In this document: in pieces, positions 17,259-27,462 of the stretch | Layout of the letters: every line of letters starts with the position of its first letter | Position numbering within the stretch: the stretch's first letter is position 1 | NCBI GenBank assembly: GCA_000437355.1 | Contig: FR899764.1 | Location: 24,884-88,883 of the forward strand | DNA: 64,000 bases | Source of the DNA: Firmicutes bacterium CAG:460 | Lineage (GTDB): Bacteria; Bacillota_I; Bacilli_A; RF39; UBA660 | Direction of reading: 5' to 3' | Translations under genes and position numbers: made by a program | The notes under the pieces: model-generated | What the model was told of the DNA's origin: nothing | Database searches by the model: none | What the model saw: only the letters and a program-made list of their open reading frames with translations

Positions 17259-17949
17259 ACATTATGATACTTGCAGCAACTCCAGCATTTAGAGATTCAC
17301 ACGTATCCATCATCTTTATATTTATAAATTCATCACACATATTTTTAGTTTCATCTTTCATACCACTACCTTCATTACCAATCACAATAGCAATATTTTC
17401 TTTTTTTATATTTCTTACATCAAATCCCTTTTTTACGTCTGTACCAATTACTTTATAACCAATATTTTTTAGAGTTGGAATTATTTCACTCAAATTTCTT
17501 CTTATAATATTTAAATTAAATATCATACCTTCGGTAGCTCGCACTACTTTAGGATTATAAAAATCTACACAATCATTACTTAAAATGATAGTATTTATAT
17601 TAAATGCAGTGGCACTTCTTATGATTGTTCCTAAATTTCCTGGGTCTTGCAAATTATCTAATATTAAAACATTACCATTAATACTATCTTCAGGAATAAA
17701 ATTAACTACAGCGATATTATAACTTATTGATTGTTGGTCACTTATTTTTTCCATTATTTCTTTAGTTACAAAATAATCTGCATTTTCATCTACACAACTT
17801 ATAATATATTCAATTAAATTATTTTTTCTTGCTTCATTAATTAAATGGTCACCTTCTACAATAAACTTTCTTTCTTTATCACGTACCTTTTTAGTTTTTA
17901 AGGAAACCCAATACTTAACTAAATCATTATGCATACTTGTTATTTTCAT
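17239..17949 (-). CDS. TrmH/SpoU-family RNA 2'-O-methyltransferase
   Basis: SpoU motifs LQDPGNLGTIIRSA, IVIGNEGSGM and ESLNAGVA. Confidence 0.85.
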   Translation of the reverse strand: MKITSMHNDLVKYWVSLKTKKVRDKERKFIVEGDHLINEARKNNLIEYIISCVDENADYFVTKEIMEKISDQQSISYNIAVVNFIPEDSINGNVLILDNLQDPGNLGTIIRSATAFNINTIILSNDCVDFYNPKVVRATEGMIFNLNIIRRNLSEIIPTLKNIGYKVIGTDVKKGFDVRNIKKENIAIVIGNEGSGMKDETKNMCDEFINIKMMDTCESLNAGVAASIIMYEVYHE

Positions 17950-18581
17950 CCTTTTAACCTCTTTCTTGCTTCTTTATAATTCGGATATGCAAGTCCCACT
18001 AGATGCCAAAAATTTTTACTGTGATTTGCTTCAAAAAAATGACATAATTCATGAATGATAACATAATCTAATAAGTCAATATCTTTTTTTAATAGTTCAG
18101 TATTTAAAGTAACTGTTTTCTTACTTGGATTACATACTCCCCATCTAGTTAGCATACTTCTAAACTTTAAAGTAAACTCTGGTAAATTAGAAAAACATTT
18201 TTTTGCAATTTCTACCTCAGATGTAAATACTCTTTGGACTTCAGTTTTGTAAAACAATTCTAAAGCTTTCATTGATGGAGCATAAACTGTATCACCATCA
18301 AATCTTATACCTATTTCTGTCTCTTTTATTTCAATAAAATATTTTTCCCCTAAGTATAAGAATAACTCATTATCCTTAGAATTTTCATATGCCTTGTCAT
18401 ACATTTTTAAAATACTTTCTTCATTTTTTTCTATCATTTTTAAAATATTTTCTATTCCTAAATATATTGGACATGTTACATATATTTTTAAATCATTTTT
18501 AACTCTGAAGTAAATATTTTTATTATTTTTTCTAATTATTACAACTTCTATTTCTTTTCCATTACTTGCTTTGTATGTCAT
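17946..18581 (-). CDS. YgjP-like (DUF45/M48 family) metal-dependent hydrolase
   Basis: HELCHF zinc motif followed by NHSKNFW, typical of this family. Confidence 0.75.
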   Translation of the reverse strand: MTYKASNGKEIEVVIIRKNNKNIYFRVKNDLKIYVTCPIYLGIENILKMIEKNEESILKMYDKAYENSKDNELFLYLGEKYFIEIKETEIGIRFDGDTVYAPSMKALELFYKTEVQRVFTSEVEIAKKCFSNLPEFTLKFRSMLTRWGVCNPSKKTVTLNTELLKKDIDLLDYVIIHELCHFFEANHSKNFWHLVGLAYPNYKEARKRLKG

Positions 18582-18945
18582 TTTTTAATATATCCCTTAT
18601 TTCTTCTAGAGTTTTTAACTCAGCACTTTTAGCTGGTTCTGGTTTTTTTTCTTCCTTTTTATGAGTAACTTTATTAACAGCTTTTACCACAATAAATAAA
18701 CAAAATGCCACAATTAAAAAGTCAATTACGCTTTGAATGAAAGCCCCATACATAATTTTTGTATCGCGAAAAGTTATGGAAAGGCTAGAAAAATCAACAC
18801 CACCAACGATTAACCCTATTACGGGGGTAAATATATTATTAACTAAACTAGTTACAATTGATGAGAATGCTCCACCTACTATAACCCCAACTGCTAAATC
18901 TAAAACATTTCCTCTAGCAATAAACTTTTTAAATTCTTTTAACAT
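18562..18945 (-). CDS. mscL: Large-conductance mechanosensitive channel
   Basis: [27 protein letters not shown] is the canonical MscL N-terminus. Two TM segments. Confidence 0.95.
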   Translation of the reverse strand: MLKEFKKFIARGNVLDLAVGVIVGGAFSSIVTSLVNNIFTPVIGLIVGGVDFSSLSITFRDTKIMYGAFIQSVIDFLIVAFCLFIVVKAVNKVTHKKEEKKPEPAKSAELKTLEEIRDILKNDIQSK

Positions 18946-19010
18946 ACTACCACTTCCTTATAAGGATATTATACAAAAAAAAGACAGATTAATCTATCCT
19001 TTTTAGTAAA

Positions 19011-19502
19011 TTATCTTTGAATAATCATAAATTCAAATAAAAATAAGAATGTTGCACCGATTTTCATTGGTATTTTATACTTGGTGCACTCTTTAATTGC
19101 TATTAATTTATCTGAGGCCGATACTAACCATGTTTCTTTATACTTAGGAAACCTTAACGTTGCCGGAAACATATGATTATAAATTATATCTTCTTGCATT
19201 TTATTGATATTAAATTCTCTTTTAGCATTTTCTAAAGCTGTTTTTGGGTGACCTTTAAAACTAGAGTCTTCTCTATTATGAAAAAAATCATGAAGTAAAG
19301 CTGCTCTTGTTGTTTCTTTAATTGTATTTATTTTAAATAATTTACATAAATTAAATGTAAGTTTTGCAACACTTAAAGAATGGTCTAATCTAGAAATACC
19401 ATGATGATATTCATATCTTAAAGATATAACTTCTTCATTTTTTAATATATCACTAATTAAATTGTTAAATTCAACTTGTTTTTTTATTTTCATATATACC
19501 AC
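19011..19502 (-). CDS. HD-domain phosphohydrolase
   Basis: H...HD pattern (RLDHSLSV ... ALLHDFFH). Confidence 0.7.
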   Translation of the reverse strand: MVYMKIKKQVEFNNLISDILKNEEVISLRYEYHHGISRLDHSLSVAKLTFNLCKLFKINTIKETTRAALLHDFFHNREDSSFKGHPKTALENAKREFNINKMQEDIIYNHMFPATLRFPKYKETWLVSASDKLIAIKECTKYKIPMKIGATFLFLFEFMIIQR

Positions 19503-19515
19503 TTAATACATTATA

Positions 19516-20025
19516 TTACTTAATATCTTTATCTTCAAGCATTTTTAGTATTTTCTTTTGATTTGCTTGTAAATCTTTCATTTGTTCGTGTAAAACTTCT
19601 AGTATAAGTTCGCTTTTTAAATCTGTTTTATAGTCATTTAAGCTTCTTAAACTATCCTTTTTAGCTGCTCTATTTTGACTCATCATAATAACTGGGGCTT
19701 GTAATGCTGCAATACATGATAAAATTAAATTAAGTAAAATAAATGGATATTCATCAAATTTCACAATCATAATAGTGTTTATAATCATCCATAAAATTAG
19801 GAATAAACAAAAAACAATAATAAAGCCCCATGAACCAGCTATTTCTGTTACTTTATCTGCAAGTTTATCTCCCATTGTTCTTCTTTCATCTTCTTCTTTA
19901 TCAGAATCAATCGCTGTTGGATTATCAAGTAACATTTCAATTAATTCATCTTCATCTGTTACATCAAAATCTCTATTTAATAATTGTTTTACTAATTTTT
20001 CTTTTCTACTATTTTTCTCCATCAT
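19516..20025 (-). CDS. DUF1003-family membrane protein
   Basis: FDEYPFILLNLILSCIAALQAPVIMMSQNR core, characteristic of DUF1003. Confidence 0.75.
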   Translation of the reverse strand: MMEKNSRKEKLVKQLLNRDFDVTDEDELIEMLLDNPTAIDSDKEEDERRTMGDKLADKVTEIAGSWGFIIVFCLFLILWMIINTIMIVKFDEYPFILLNLILSCIAALQAPVIMMSQNRAAKKDSLRSLNDYKTDLKSELILEVLHEQMKDLQANQKKILKMLEDKDIK

Positions 20026-20650
20026 TAAGCCTCCATCTGTAATGTCCTAGAATTTCATTTTTAAATAATCCATCATACTCATATGCTTGATACATATGTT
20101 GATGTAATATATAATTTTCATTCTTACTATTTACCTTATCACTAACTATGGCAATATGTTTTTTATATACTACAATATCACCTGGATTAAAATCAGAATC
20201 ATTTGGTAATTTTAAAACATTTCTGTCTAAATAAACTTTTATATTTCTAACTCTTCGAAAATCTATATTTTCATCACCAACATCTTCATCATATTCATCT
20301 TTATTATTTTTAATATCTTCATCAATTAATGTTTTAAAATCATATCCAGCATTTTTTAACGCATACCAAATTATATCTGTACAAACACGATATTCATCAG
20401 TTGGATATCCTCCATCATAATATTTACTTTTATATTTTGGTTTTGTACTTATAAATTCTTTGGCACCATTTAATATGTCTGTATAATCATCTAAACCATC
20501 CGAATCATAATCTATATCACTTTTTATTACTTCTTCATATTTTGGTTTTATAAACTTATCTTTTACATCAGTTTTAAAAAATGCAATTATTCCGAGAAGA
20601 AGAATTAAAAATAAAACTAACATATTTCCAAATCTTAAAAAAAACTTCAA
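20009..20650 (-). CDS. DUF1287-family protein, membrane-anchored
   Basis: VCTDIIWYALKNAGYDFKTLIDEDI ... NIDFRRVRNIKVYL resembles the DUF1287 core. Confidence 0.6.
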   Translation of the reverse strand: MKFFLRFGNMLVLFLILLLGIIAFFKTDVKDKFIKPKYEEVIKSDIDYDSDGLDDYTDILNGAKEFISTKPKYKSKYYDGGYPTDEYRVCTDIIWYALKNAGYDFKTLIDEDIKNNKDEYDEDVGDENIDFRRVRNIKVYLDRNVLKLPNDSDFNPGDIVVYKKHIAIVSDKVNSKNENYILHQHMYQAYEYDGLFKNEILGHYRWRLNDGEK

Positions 20651-20710
20651 ATTCTATCACCGTTTTCATTATAACACTTTATCTTTTATAAATAAAGATA
20701 TAAAAGAAAA

Positions 20711-20731
20711 AAGCTTCCGATTTGGAAGTTT
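20711..20731 (-). terminator. Intrinsic terminator after the pilin gene
   Basis: aagcttcc / ggaagttt arms. A T-run follows on the minus strand. Confidence 0.6.
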
Positions 20732-21244
20732 TTAATCACCGGATTCTGTTGGGAATTTTGTAGCTTTTCCATCTGTACATGTTGCTATAGCAGTATCAAT
20801 TGTTGCTTTAACATAGTCTTTTACATTTGTAGGTTTAACATCTTCAGAAATTCCAGCATTTACAACCATTAAATTTCCATTACCCATAGTTATTGCATAT
20901 TCGTATGTATTTGTAGTTGCATCTTTCTTATGTACATAGATAACACCACTATAATCACTACCACCAGTAAAATCTCCACTAGTTCTAAGTTGAGCAATTG
21001 TTACACATTTAGTTTCCGTTCCAATTGGAAATGTGTCTGTGCCATTGATAGTAGCATCTAACCAATATGATGATGCTGCATCTAATGCCTCATTAGCTTC
21101 CATTGAGAAGACTTGTCTTCTTGCTTGGTTCATTCTTGGAATAACTGCCATTGATGCCATTAAGATTATAATAGCTAAAACTACGATAACTGCTAGTAAT
21201 TCGATTAAAGTAAAACCACTTACATTTTTAATATCTTTTTTCAT
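20732..21244 (-). CDS. Type IV pilin / pseudopilin (prepilin-type N-terminal cleavage/methylation domain)
   Basis: Class III signal KNVSG|FTLIELLAVIVVLAIIIL with the invariant Glu at +5. Confidence 0.85.
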   Translation of the reverse strand: MKKDIKNVSGFTLIELLAVIVVLAIIILMASMAVIPRMNQARRQVFSMEANEALDAASSYWLDATINGTDTFPIGTETKCVTIAQLRTSGDFTGGSDYSGVIYVHKKDATTNTYEYAITMGNGNLMVVNAGISEDVKPTNVKDYVKATIDTAIATCTDGKATKFPTESGD

Positions 21245-21354
21245 TAATAGACTCCTCTCTACTCTTAAATAATACTATAATTATGTTCTTTAGTCAATAC
21301 AGAAATTTATATAAAATGTAAATTTTTCTTTATTTTAATTATGTGTATTTAAAT

Positions 21355-21576
21355 TTACTTTAATACATTTAATACTGAACTTATTAAATCCATGTTATCC
21401 ATAAGGCTTTCTAACTTATCTGTTGTTCTTTCTTTATATTTTTCTTTCATGTCAGAATTAAACTTTTTAAAATCGATTGTTCCTCGGTTTAAATACTTAA
21501 AATAATATGAGTTTTGTTTTAAAAGTTCAAAAGATTTAGGATTTTGACGAAATAAAATTTGTGTTTGTAGTTCCAT
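21355..21576 (-). CDS. YlbE-like small protein
   Basis: 73 aa. Position directly downstream of a YlbD-like gene and loose similarity to the Bacillus YlbE layout. Confidence 0.35.
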   Translation of the reverse strand: MELQTQILFRQNPKSFELLKQNSYYFKYLNRGTIDFKKFNSDMKEKYKERTTDKLESLMDNMDLISSVLNVLK

Positions 21577-21948
21577 TTAATCCTCAAAGAACTTATTTAA
21601 AGGTCGTGGAGAAACTGGTCCTTTAGTTAGATTTTCCGCAATATTTGGAGTAGGATTTTTCTTTGTTAAATCAGAGACAAAATCAATAGCTTTTTGGGCA
21701 GTGTTAATATGGCTTTTAATAGAATCCACATTAACATTTTTAACCATATTAGTTATTTTAGAAATACTATCTTCTACTCCGCTTCTGTCCCTTAAAATAT
21801 ATTTGTTCCAGATAGATTCATCAGTACCATATAAATCATATAATTCATAAAATTTTTGCCATGTCATTTCACCATTTTGGACATACTTTATAAGTTCTGG
21901 CTTTGTTCTTACAAAATTTTTAAATTCTTCTTGTTTCATATAAATCAC
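21577..21948 (-). CDS. YlbD-like (putative coat) protein
   Basis: N-terminal EEFKNFVRTKPELIKYVQNGEMTWQKFYELYDLYGTDESIW resembles Bacillus YlbD. Confidence 0.45.
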   Translation of the reverse strand: MIYMKQEEFKNFVRTKPELIKYVQNGEMTWQKFYELYDLYGTDESIWNKYILRDRSGVEDSISKITNMVKNVNVDSIKSHINTAQKAIDFVSDLTKKNPTPNIAENLTKGPVSPRPLNKFFED

Positions 21949-22029
21949 CAGTATAATTTTATGTTTTTTATTAAGATAAATGAACTATTTATAATTATTT
22001 TAAGAAATAAAACATATAGAGGTTTTAAA

Positions 22030-22218
22030 ATGATAAAAATTGATGACAAAAAGATAATTGTTTCTTTTTTTGATGAGTTAAAAAAAGTTTTAGAAGAATA
22101 TAACACATATAATTATTTTTTTTTAATGAATGAAATTAGTATTACAGAAGATATATTTATTGGACTTAATGTTTTAACTATATTACTTTCATTTTCTGCT
22201 CCATCACTATCAGGATAA
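22030..22218 (+). CDS. Hypothetical small protein
   Basis: Internal ATG of track ORF 21856-22218, preceded by AGAGG with 7-nt spacing. 62 aa with a hydrophobic C-terminus. Confidence 0.3.
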   Translation: MIKIDDKKIIVSFFDELKKVLEEYNTYNYFFLMNEISITEDIFIGLNVLTILLSFSAPSLSG

Positions 22219-22327
22219 TATATGCAAATGTAAAAAATATGAAAAGTTGTACTAATAATAATATAAATTAAATATAGTTAAAGAAAATAAATAACTCTCA
22301 AATCCTTATTTATTTGAGAGTTTATTA

Positions 22328-24817
22328 TTATATTTTAAAGTCATCTATAAATGCATCAAATGATAATTGTTCTTCTTTTTTAGTTGATTTTATTTCTTCA
22401 ACTTCTTTTGGTTCTTCAGTTGTTGTTTTAGTTAAATCAACTAATTCTTTTTTCAAGGCAAATAAATCATAATTAAATTTAACTTGGCTTCCAGTTGATG
22501 CAATATCCATGATTGGAATATCACTATTTTTAAGTTCATGAATATCTGTATCTATTTTATAAAGGTTAACATCTTTTGTTTCAGTTAGATAAGCAAATAA
22601 GATTTTATAATCTTTTGTTTTAGCTTTTTTAAATAACATATTACCTTTTTTAGCCCTAGATATTGGAGTTATATCTGATAACTTTAATCTTTTAATAGTT
22701 TTGTAATTTGTATAAATATTTAAGTATTCTTCATTTTTTATTGGACTTGCATAAATACAATAGTCATCTTTTAAATTTATACCTTTTACCCCACTTGCTT
22801 TAGAACCTACGACTGGGATTTCATTTGTATTAAATCTTAGGGCTAGACCATTATTTGTTACAAATAATACTTCTTCTTTAGAAATATCAGCATTGATTAA
22901 TTCATCATTATCCTTTAACTTAATTGCTGTCATTGGTTTTGAATATCTTGTTACTTCAAAGTCCTTAAGGGCAACTTGTTTTGTTAAACCATTCTTAGTA
23001 AATAAAGTTACATTTTTGTTTTTATCTTTAAGTACTAAACTAGCAATTATTTTTTCTTGTTCTTTAATCATAATGGTATTACTTATATGTTTTCCTAAAT
23101 CTTTCCATTTTGTTTCAGGAATTATATGAATTGGAACATATAAATAATTTCCTAAATTGGTAAATAACAATAATGAATCTTTAGTTGATGCCAAGAATCT
23201 ACCTGTTACAAAGTCTCCAGGTTTTAGAGTTGTTTCTTCTTCAGATGTTTTGAAACTCTTTTGGCTTACTCTTTTTACATAACCATCATTTGTTACTACC
23301 ACGATGACTTTTTCATCTGGTATCATTTCTTTAGCATCTACTTTTATATCAACAATTTCATCTCTGATCTCAGTTTTACGAGGAACAGCATAATTTTTCT
23401 TAATTTCTCTTAGTTCTGATTTCATAACATTTTTTAGTTCTGTTTCATTATTTAATATTTTATTGCATTCCTCGATTAAATTTTTTAGTTTTTCACATTC
23501 TTCTTCTAGAACTACAATATCCGTATTTGTTAATCTATAAAGTTGTAATGTTACAATTGCTTCAGCTTGTTCTTCAGTAAATTTATATTTATTAACTAAA
23601 TTAACTTTGGCATCACTTTTATTTTTACTAGCACGGATTAACGCTATTACTTCATCAAGAATTGATATAGCTTTTATTAAACCTGTTGCAATATTATAAT
23701 TTTTGGTGTAATACGCTAAGTCAAATTCAGTTCTTTTAGTTATAACTTCGCGTTTGTGGGCTATGTAAGCATCTAAAATTTCTAAAATACCCAAAGTCTT
23801 CGGAGTTCTATTTACAATTGCTACACAGTTATAGTTATAAGATATTTGTAAATCAGTATTTTTAAGTAAATATTTCATGATAACATCTTTATTAGCATTA
23901 GCTTTTAAATCTATAGCAATTCTTATACCTGTTCTGTCTGTTTCATCACGGACCTCAGATATTCCTTCAACCTTTTTATCTATTCTAAGGCCTTCAATTT
24001 TAGCAACACAAGCTTGTTTATTAACTTCAAAAGGTATTTCGGTAATGATTATTTGTTCTTTACCTTTTTCTTTAACAAATTCATATTTAGCTTGAACAAT
24101 TATTCTGCCTCGACCTGTTTTAAAAGCATCAATTATTCCTTGTTTTCCGAATGCTATACCACCGGTTGGAAAATCTGGACCTTTTACTATTTCTAAAATT
24201 GTATCTAAATAACAATTTGGTGAGTCAATTCTTTTAATTGTGGCATCAATTATTTCACCTAAGTTATGTGGTGGAATATTTGTTGCGTATCCAGCTGAAA
24301 TACCACTCGTTCCATTTACAAGCAAATTAGGAAATTTGGCAGGTAATACAGTTGGTTCTAGAAATCTATCATCAAAGTTTGGAGCCCATGAAACTGTTGA
24401 TTTATCTAAATCTTTTAAAAGTTCACCACTTATTTTGGCTAATCTTGCTTCAGTATAACGGTATGCTGCAGGTCCATCACCATCCATTGAACCATTATTT
24501 CCATGGATATCTACGAGAATATGATTTTGTTTCCACCATTGTGACATACGCACCATTGCATCATAAACTGATGAGTCACCGTGAGGATGGAATTTTCCTA
24601 GAACATCACCAACAGTGGCAGCACATTTTATATAGCCTTTTTCTGCAGTATTTCCTGCTTTATACATAGCGTATAAAATTCTTCTTTGAACTGGTTTTAA
24701 GCCATCTCTGACATCTGGAATAGCTCTATCTTGAATAATTTCTTTGGCATAAGCTGCAAATCGTAAAGACATTATTTCTTCTAAGCTATAATCTTCAATT
24801 TTTTTAACTATATCCAT
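22328..24817 (-). CDS. parC: DNA topoisomerase IV subunit A
   Basis: Type IIA subunit A motifs (RDGLKPVQRRILYAM, HPHGDSSVYDAMVRM, catalytic AAYRYTEARL). I saw no GyrA-box (QRRGGKG-like) in the C-terminal domain, and the gene is paired with parE away from any dnaA/recF context. Confidence 0.85.
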   Translation of the reverse strand: MDIVKKIEDYSLEEIMSLRFAAYAKEIIQDRAIPDVRDGLKPVQRRILYAMYKAGNTAEKGYIKCAATVGDVLGKFHPHGDSSVYDAMVRMSQWWKQNHILVDIHGNNGSMDGDGPAAYRYTEARLAKISGELLKDLDKSTVSWAPNFDDRFLEPTVLPAKFPNLLVNGTSGISAGYATNIPPHNLGEIIDATIKRIDSPNCYLDTILEIVKGPDFPTGGIAFGKQGIIDAFKTGRGRIIVQAKYEFVKEKGKEQIIITEIPFEVNKQACVAKIEGLRIDKKVEGISEVRDETDRTGIRIAIDLKANANKDVIMKYLLKNTDLQISYNYNCVAIVNRTPKTLGILEILDAYIAHKREVITKRTEFDLAYYTKNYNIATGLIKAISILDEVIALIRASKNKSDAKVNLVNKYKFTEEQAEAIVTLQLYRLTNTDIVVLEEECEKLKNLIEECNKILNNETELKNVMKSELREIKKNYAVPRKTEIRDEIVDIKVDAKEMIPDEKVIVVVTNDGYVKRVSQKSFKTSEEETTLKPGDFVTGRFLASTKDSLLLFTNLGNYLYVPIHIIPETKWKDLGKHISNTIMIKEQEKIIASLVLKDKNKNVTLFTKNGLTKQVALKDFEVTRYSKPMTAIKLKDNDELINADISKEEVLFVTNNGLALRFNTNEIPVVGSKASGVKGINLKDDYCIYASPIKNEEYLNIYTNYKTIKRLKLSDITPISRAKKGNMLFKKAKTKDYKILFAYLTETKDVNLYKIDTDIHELKNSDIPIMDIASTGSQVKFNYDLFALKKELVDLTKTTTEEPKEVEEIKSTKKEEQLSFDAFIDDFKI

Positions 24818-24827
24818 TTAAACCTCC

Positions 24828-26735
24828 TTACTCTGCCCTATAACTATCTTCGAGTGTAAACTCAACATTTTCATTTATCCATTCTTTACGAGGCTCTACC
24901 TTATCTCCCATTAAGACTTGGACACGTTTTTCTGCTAGGGCTGCATCAGTAATTCTTACTCTAATTAAACTTCTTGTTTCAGGGTCCATTGTTGTTTCCC
25001 AAAGTTGGTCAGGGTTCATTTCCCCTAAACCTTTATATCTTTGAATACTATATTTTCCGGTATTGTTTAATTTTATTTCATTTAATTCATCATCACTATA
25101 CGCATAAAATTTCTTCTTACCATAATCCAATTTATAAAGTGGTGGCATGGCAATATAAAGTTTACCATTTTCTATTAAACCACGCATGTATCTATAAAAG
25201 AATGTAAGTAAAAGTATTTGAATATGGGCTCCATCAACATCGGCATCGGTCATAATTATTACTTTATCATAATTAGATTCAGAGGCATCAAATTCTTGAC
25301 CAATACCTGCACCGATAGTATGAATTAATGTATTTATTTCTTCATTTTTTATAAGTTCATCTAAAGATGCTTTTTCACTATTTATAACTTTACCACGAAG
25401 AGGTAATATTGCTTGGAACTTTCTATCTCTTCCACCTTTAGCAGAACCACCGGCAGAATCTCCTTCGACAATAAATAACTCATTTATTTTAGGATTCTTA
25501 CTTTGAGCTGGTGCAAGTTTCATTGATAAATTCTTTTCAATTTTACTTTTATTTTTACCATTTCTAGCATCTTCTCTAGCTTTTCTAGCAGCTTCTCGTG
25601 CCACTTTACTTTTCATGGCTTTTTCTAGAATAGTTGATGCTACTTCTTTATTTTCTTCTAGAAAGAATTTTAAAGATTCATAAGTTATACTTTCTGTTAC
25701 ACTTCTTGCTTCTGGTGTACCTAATTTTCCTTTAGTTTGTCCTTCGAATTGTAATAATTCTTCTGGTATTTTTAAACTTATAACTGCTGATAGGCCTTCA
25801 CGAACATCTGAACCATCAAGGGTGCCATCTTTAGCTTTAAAGATATTATTGTTTTTAGCATAATCATTAAATGCTTTAGTAATACCAGTTTTAAAACCCA
25901 CTTCATGAGTTCCTCCATCAGAAGTTTTAACATTATTTACAAATGATAAAATATTTTCATTATATGTATCTGTATATTGCATTGCTACATCAACTTCAAT
26001 TTTACTTTTTGTATTACCAAAATTAATTACTTTATGTAAAGTGTTTTTACCTTCATTCATGTATTCGATAAAACTAGTTAAACCATTTTCATAATGAAAT
26101 TTTGCTTGGTGTCCATCTTCTTCATCGATAACCTCGATTGTAAGGCCACTTAGTAAAAAAGCTGACTCTTGCATTCTTTCACAAATTGTTGTATATGAAA
26201 AATTACAATTTTTAAATATTGTATCATCCGGCAAAAATTTAACAATTGTTCCGGTTTTATTACTTTTACCTACGGTATGAAGTGGAGTTTTAACATGTCC
26301 TCCATTTTCAAATTCAATTGAAGAAATAAGGCCATCACGATAAATAACTACTTGCATTTCTTTTGATAAGGCATTAACTACACTAGCCCCTACACCATGA
26401 AGACCTCCGGAAACTTTATAACCAGCTTCAGTAAATTTACCACCGGCATGAAGTATTGTATAAATAACTTCTGGTGTACTTTTTCCAGATGCATGCATTC
26501 CAATTGGAACTCCACGTCCATTGTCCGCTACTGTTATACTTTTATCTTTATTTATAATTACTTTAATATAATTACCATATCCATTTATTACTTCATCTAT
26601 TGCATTATCTACAATTTCCCAGACTAAATGATGCATACCTCTTTTATCAGTTGATCCAATATACATCCCTGGTCTTTTTCGAACTGCTTCTAGACCTTCA
26701 AGAATTTTAATCGATGACTCATCATAATTTGCCAT
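24828..26735 (-). CDS. parE: DNA topoisomerase IV subunit B
   Basis: GHKL ATPase and Toprim motifs (LEAVRKRPGMYIG, GGLHGVGASVVNALS, EGDSAGGSAK, PLRGKVIN). Start chosen at ATG 26735 (MANYDESS...). Confidence 0.88.
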   Translation of the reverse strand: MANYDESSIKILEGLEAVRKRPGMYIGSTDKRGMHHLVWEIVDNAIDEVINGYGNYIKVIINKDKSITVADNGRGVPIGMHASGKSTPEVIYTILHAGGKFTEAGYKVSGGLHGVGASVVNALSKEMQVVIYRDGLISSIEFENGGHVKTPLHTVGKSNKTGTIVKFLPDDTIFKNCNFSYTTICERMQESAFLLSGLTIEVIDEEDGHQAKFHYENGLTSFIEYMNEGKNTLHKVINFGNTKSKIEVDVAMQYTDTYNENILSFVNNVKTSDGGTHEVGFKTGITKAFNDYAKNNNIFKAKDGTLDGSDVREGLSAVISLKIPEELLQFEGQTKGKLGTPEARSVTESITYESLKFFLEENKEVASTILEKAMKSKVAREAARKAREDARNGKNKSKIEKNLSMKLAPAQSKNPKINELFIVEGDSAGGSAKGGRDRKFQAILPLRGKVINSEKASLDELIKNEEINTLIHTIGAGIGQEFDASESNYDKVIIMTDADVDGAHIQILLLTFFYRYMRGLIENGKLYIAMPPLYKLDYGKKKFYAYSDDELNEIKLNNTGKYSIQRYKGLGEMNPDQLWETTMDPETRSLIRVRITDAALAEKRVQVLMGDKVEPRKEWINENVEFTLEDSYRAE

Positions 26736-26851
26736 ATTCCTTATCACTTCCTAGACCATTATAACAGGAAATCAACAAAAAAATCAACTTTAATCTCGAT
26801 TTTACTTAATTTTAAGAAAAAAAAGTTTAGATTTTTTTCATTATCTAAACA

Positions 26852-27370
26852 TTAAAATGTTATCCAGAATCTCTGAATATAATTATTTGTTATCTCATCA
26901 TAAAATTCTTTTTCAAAAATTCCACCATTTGCTTCAATTACTTTTCTTGATGCAATGTTATCTTTTAAACAAGTAATTAAGACTTTATTTACTTTATATT
27001 CATTTTTTAATTTTTCAAGTGCTAATTTTAAAGCTTCGGTTGCATAACCCTTATTTCTTTCTTCAAGCTTTATATAATATGCAATATGACCTAATCTAGA
27101 AAAGTAATTGTCATTTAAAGTATGCCTTATATCAATTGTTCCTACAACTTTTTCTTTTTCATTTAATATAAACTGTACGGTTGCAGGAACATCCCTACTT
27201 GAAATATTAATACCTTTACTACGATTTTCTAATCTAATTAACATATCTTCATATTTTTCATTTTCACGATATGCATTACCCATTTCAGATATATCATCAT
27301 TTCTTAAAGCGCTTTTTACTAAATCATAATATTGTTCTTTTAATTCTAAATTTGGAAATACTAATTTCAT
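26852..27370 (-). CDS. GNAT-family N-acetyltransferase
   Basis: Acetyl-CoA binding segment RNKGYATEALKLALE. Start moved to MKLVFPN, which has a GAGG SD. Confidence 0.75.
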   Translation of the reverse strand: MKLVFPNLELKEQYYDLVKSALRNDDISEMGNAYRENEKYEDMLIRLENRSKGINISSRDVPATVQFILNEKEKVVGTIDIRHTLNDNYFSRLGHIAYYIKLEERNKGYATEALKLALEKLKNEYKVNKVLITCLKDNIASRKVIEANGGIFEKEFYDEITNNYIQRFWITF

Positions 27371-27444
27371 TACAACCTCGCTCATAAATTTTGATTATAT
27401 TTTATATTTTATTTTTTAAAATGTCAAGTTATTTTCCAATAAAA

Positions 27445-27462
27445 AAGGGCTTTTCAGCCCTT
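27445..27462 (-). terminator. Intrinsic terminator after the ABC permease gene
   Basis: aagggc / gccctt arms flanked by A/T runs (bidirectional shape). Confidence 0.6.

Noticed and set aside
22328-26735. Calling the type IIA topoisomerase pair gyrB-gyrA
   Set aside because: The A subunit C-terminal domain lacks a recognisable GyrA box, its N-terminus resembles Gram-positive ParC/GrlA, and the locus is not in the dnaA-dnaN-recF-gyrB context. It was called parE-parC, with some residual uncertainty.
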